Position numbers and translations under genes: made by a program
NCBI RefSeq assembly: GCF_009914755.1
Contig: NC_060938.1
DNA from: the human T2T-CHM13v2.0 reference genome, Homo sapiens
Length of the DNA stretch: 64,000 bases
Reading direction: 5' to 3' (one strand)
In this document: positions 61,272 to 64,000 of the stretch, piece by piece
How the letters are laid out: every line of letters starts with the position of its first letter
Numbering within the stretch: position 1 is the stretch's first letter
The notes under the pieces: generated by a model
What the model was told of the DNA's origin: nothing
What the model saw: the letters and a program-made list of their open reading frames with translations, nothing else
Databases searched by the model: none

Positions 61272-62082
61272 TTAGTTTTTTGTTTTTGTTTTTTTTTTAT
61301 TTTAGCTATGTAGCATATGTGACAGTCTTTCTAAAGTCTGCCAGTCTCCTTCTGTCAGCACTGCTACCTTAAGCCATGTAGGTACCATTTCCCTCATTGG
61401 AATTTTTTCCTTATCAATCTGAGAAAAGCCTGGGGAGCAATCTGAATGTTCCATCAAAGGAGAGTGGCACATCTAGTCAATGGAATATTAGGCAGCCATT
61501 AAAGATAATTTATGTCCTTGGACTCAATAGTTCCGTTTTTAGGACTTTTATACTATAGGAATATAATACACAAAGATATGTGTGTAACAATGTTCACTGC
61601 AAGATTGTAATAGTGAAAAGTCGTGGCAAAGAAAATGTCCATCAGTAAGGAACTATGAGTCTAAAATAAACAGATATGTATTGTCTTACATGGAAGGATG
61701 TCTACATATTTACTCTGTGCCAGAGTATCATGTGATTTATTTTTGTTTTTTTTTTAAAATAGCTTATTGAAGAATGTTTACATATAGAAAAAGACCTGTT
61801 AACAGGATTTATCAGTAGGATTCTACTGAGAAGGGTCCCAAAGAATAATTTAAGTTTATATCTTATTTCTATAGTTTGCATTTTTTAAATTTAATTTTTC
61901 TTTTGATAACTTTGGTATTTTTTATATTTTTTACAATAAGCAATTATTATTTTTGTAATTAAAGTTTATAGCCAGGCATGGTGGTGTGATCCTATAGTCC
62001 CAGATACTTTGGTAGCTGAAGTGGCAAAACCCTTGAGCCCATGAGTTCTAGGCCAGCCAAGAGAACATAGTGAGACCCTGTC

Positions 62083-62116
<34 letters not shown>

Positions 62117-62622
62117 AAACCAAAAAAAAAACACCAAAAAGTATAGCACTTATAAGGGGTTTTAACAGCATGGGAAGTACTTTTATTATAATGTAAAGTG
62201 CAAAAATCAGGATATAAAGTTTACATATAGTATCACAGCTATTTTTTCTAAAGTGTACATAGGAAAATAATTTGAAAGACAAATACAGTGATGTTTACAG
62301 AAGGTAACTGTGGTTAATGGGAATAAACTTGTTTAATGCCCAGCATTAAGGGGCAAGGGTGGAGTCTGGGTGAAACCAGAAAGAACTGGTAAAAGGTGAA
62401 AGGTTCAAAAACTGGAGGTCAAGATAAAGTTTAGTACAAGTTCAGTAAAGCCAGGAGTATAGGTGATTTCTGAGAGAATTAGATATTAAAAGGTCTTTTT
62501 CTGGTAATTTTTTGCTACCAAAATAGAATTAAAACTATTTTTGAGATGCTTTAATACTCCCTGCCAAAAGCTGCAATAGGATGCATTAGGTCAGAGGATT
62601 AAACAAGAGTAAATTTTTGTAA

Positions 62623-62929
<307 letters not shown>

Positions 62930-62993
62930 TAATTTTTGCAATCTTTTTATGAAAAATATGCAGGGATTCAAATAGAAAGACTAAGAGATAATA

Positions 62994-63336
62994 GGCTGTG
63001 TGTAGTGGCTCACGCCTGTAATCTCAGCACTTTGAGAGGCCAAGGTAGGCAGATCATTTGAGCTTGACGGTTCGAGCTCAGCCTGGGTAACATGGCAAAA
63101 AATAAAAAAATAAAGTAAAATAAAATAAAGATAAATAAAATAAAAATAAAATTAGCTGGGTGTGGTGGCACATGCCTATAGTCCCAGCTACTTGGGAGGC
63201 TGAGGTGGGAAAATCACCTGAGATGGGGAAGGTCGGCTGCAGTGAGCCATGATCATGCCACTGCATTCCAGCCTGAGCAACAGAGTGAGAACCTGTCTCA
63301 AAAACAAAAACAAAAACAAAAACAAAAACAAAAAAA
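62994..63336 (+). mobile_element. Alu (J-like) with an expanded (TAAAA)n linker and (CAAAAA)n tail
   Basis: Alu consensus. Confidence 0.88.
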
Positions 63337-64000
63337 GATTGAAACAGTAAATAACACTATGTAAATTTCCAACCATTATTAATATTAAATGTGAAACTTG
63401 CTTTTTTATAATGTTTTAATTTACTATAACTCTAAGGAATTAAATAAATTTTTAGGTATTAACTGCAAAGGTTGAAAATTCAGTTCCATGTTCCTGAGAG
63501 TCATCAATCAGGTGCTTTAAATAGACTGCTTCACATTTTGTAACGTTAACTCACAACTCTTTCAAAATTTATGAATTCTATTTTCTTTTACTCTAAACCA
63601 CTTTTTCTTCGTTCATTGTTTCGTCCCATCAAAACTTACCCTAATGAAAATCTTTTACTTTTAAGAGAGACCTAAAGAGGACTTTCATGTTAATTGGTAT
63701 GTCCTATAGTCTGCTTTCAGATGCACAATCTTCTATAGCAAAACTTAATCTCTGCCTGACTGCTGAAGATTTCTGAAAATGCCACATTCACATATGCACA
63801 CACCACCACCCTCATCAACATTACCACCTCCACCAGTTGTTGTATGTATCTGGCCTATATACTAATATCTGTTTGCTAAACAGAAATTAATCACAAAGTA
63901 AATCTAACATAAAATGTATTCCATACTGTAGAATTATTTCTGGATTACTCACTATGTTAGCTGTATTAATACATCATCTTTTAATATATCTAATCAGAAG

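Overview
Human/primate genomic DNA, rich in Alu, L1 and MaLR repeats. It holds two head-to-head genes that share a CpG-island bidirectional promoter at about 31.9-32.3 kb. Minus strand: KLHL28 (BTB-BACK-Kelch CUL3 adaptor family), with a short non-coding first exon (donor at 31860) and coding exons 15942-15044, 4544-4101 and 1527-1319; the last exon lies left of the window. Plus strand: TOGARAM1 (FAM179B/Crescerin-1, ciliary TOG-array protein), whose very large exon 1 (CDS 32436-34481) is followed by more than 29 kb of intron 1. The rest is intronic. I found no clearly new system. The best leads are: (1) a strong-Kozak overlapping uORF plus a double AUGA stop-start relay in the TOGARAM1 leader; (2) AUG-circRNA architecture around KLHL28 exon 2; (3) a candidate alternative coding first exon of KLHL28; (4) domain-truncated read-through isoforms of both genes; (5) X-box-like promoter motifs; (6) several local duplications and rearranged transposons. 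Repeat subfamily names and boundaries are by eye and approximate.
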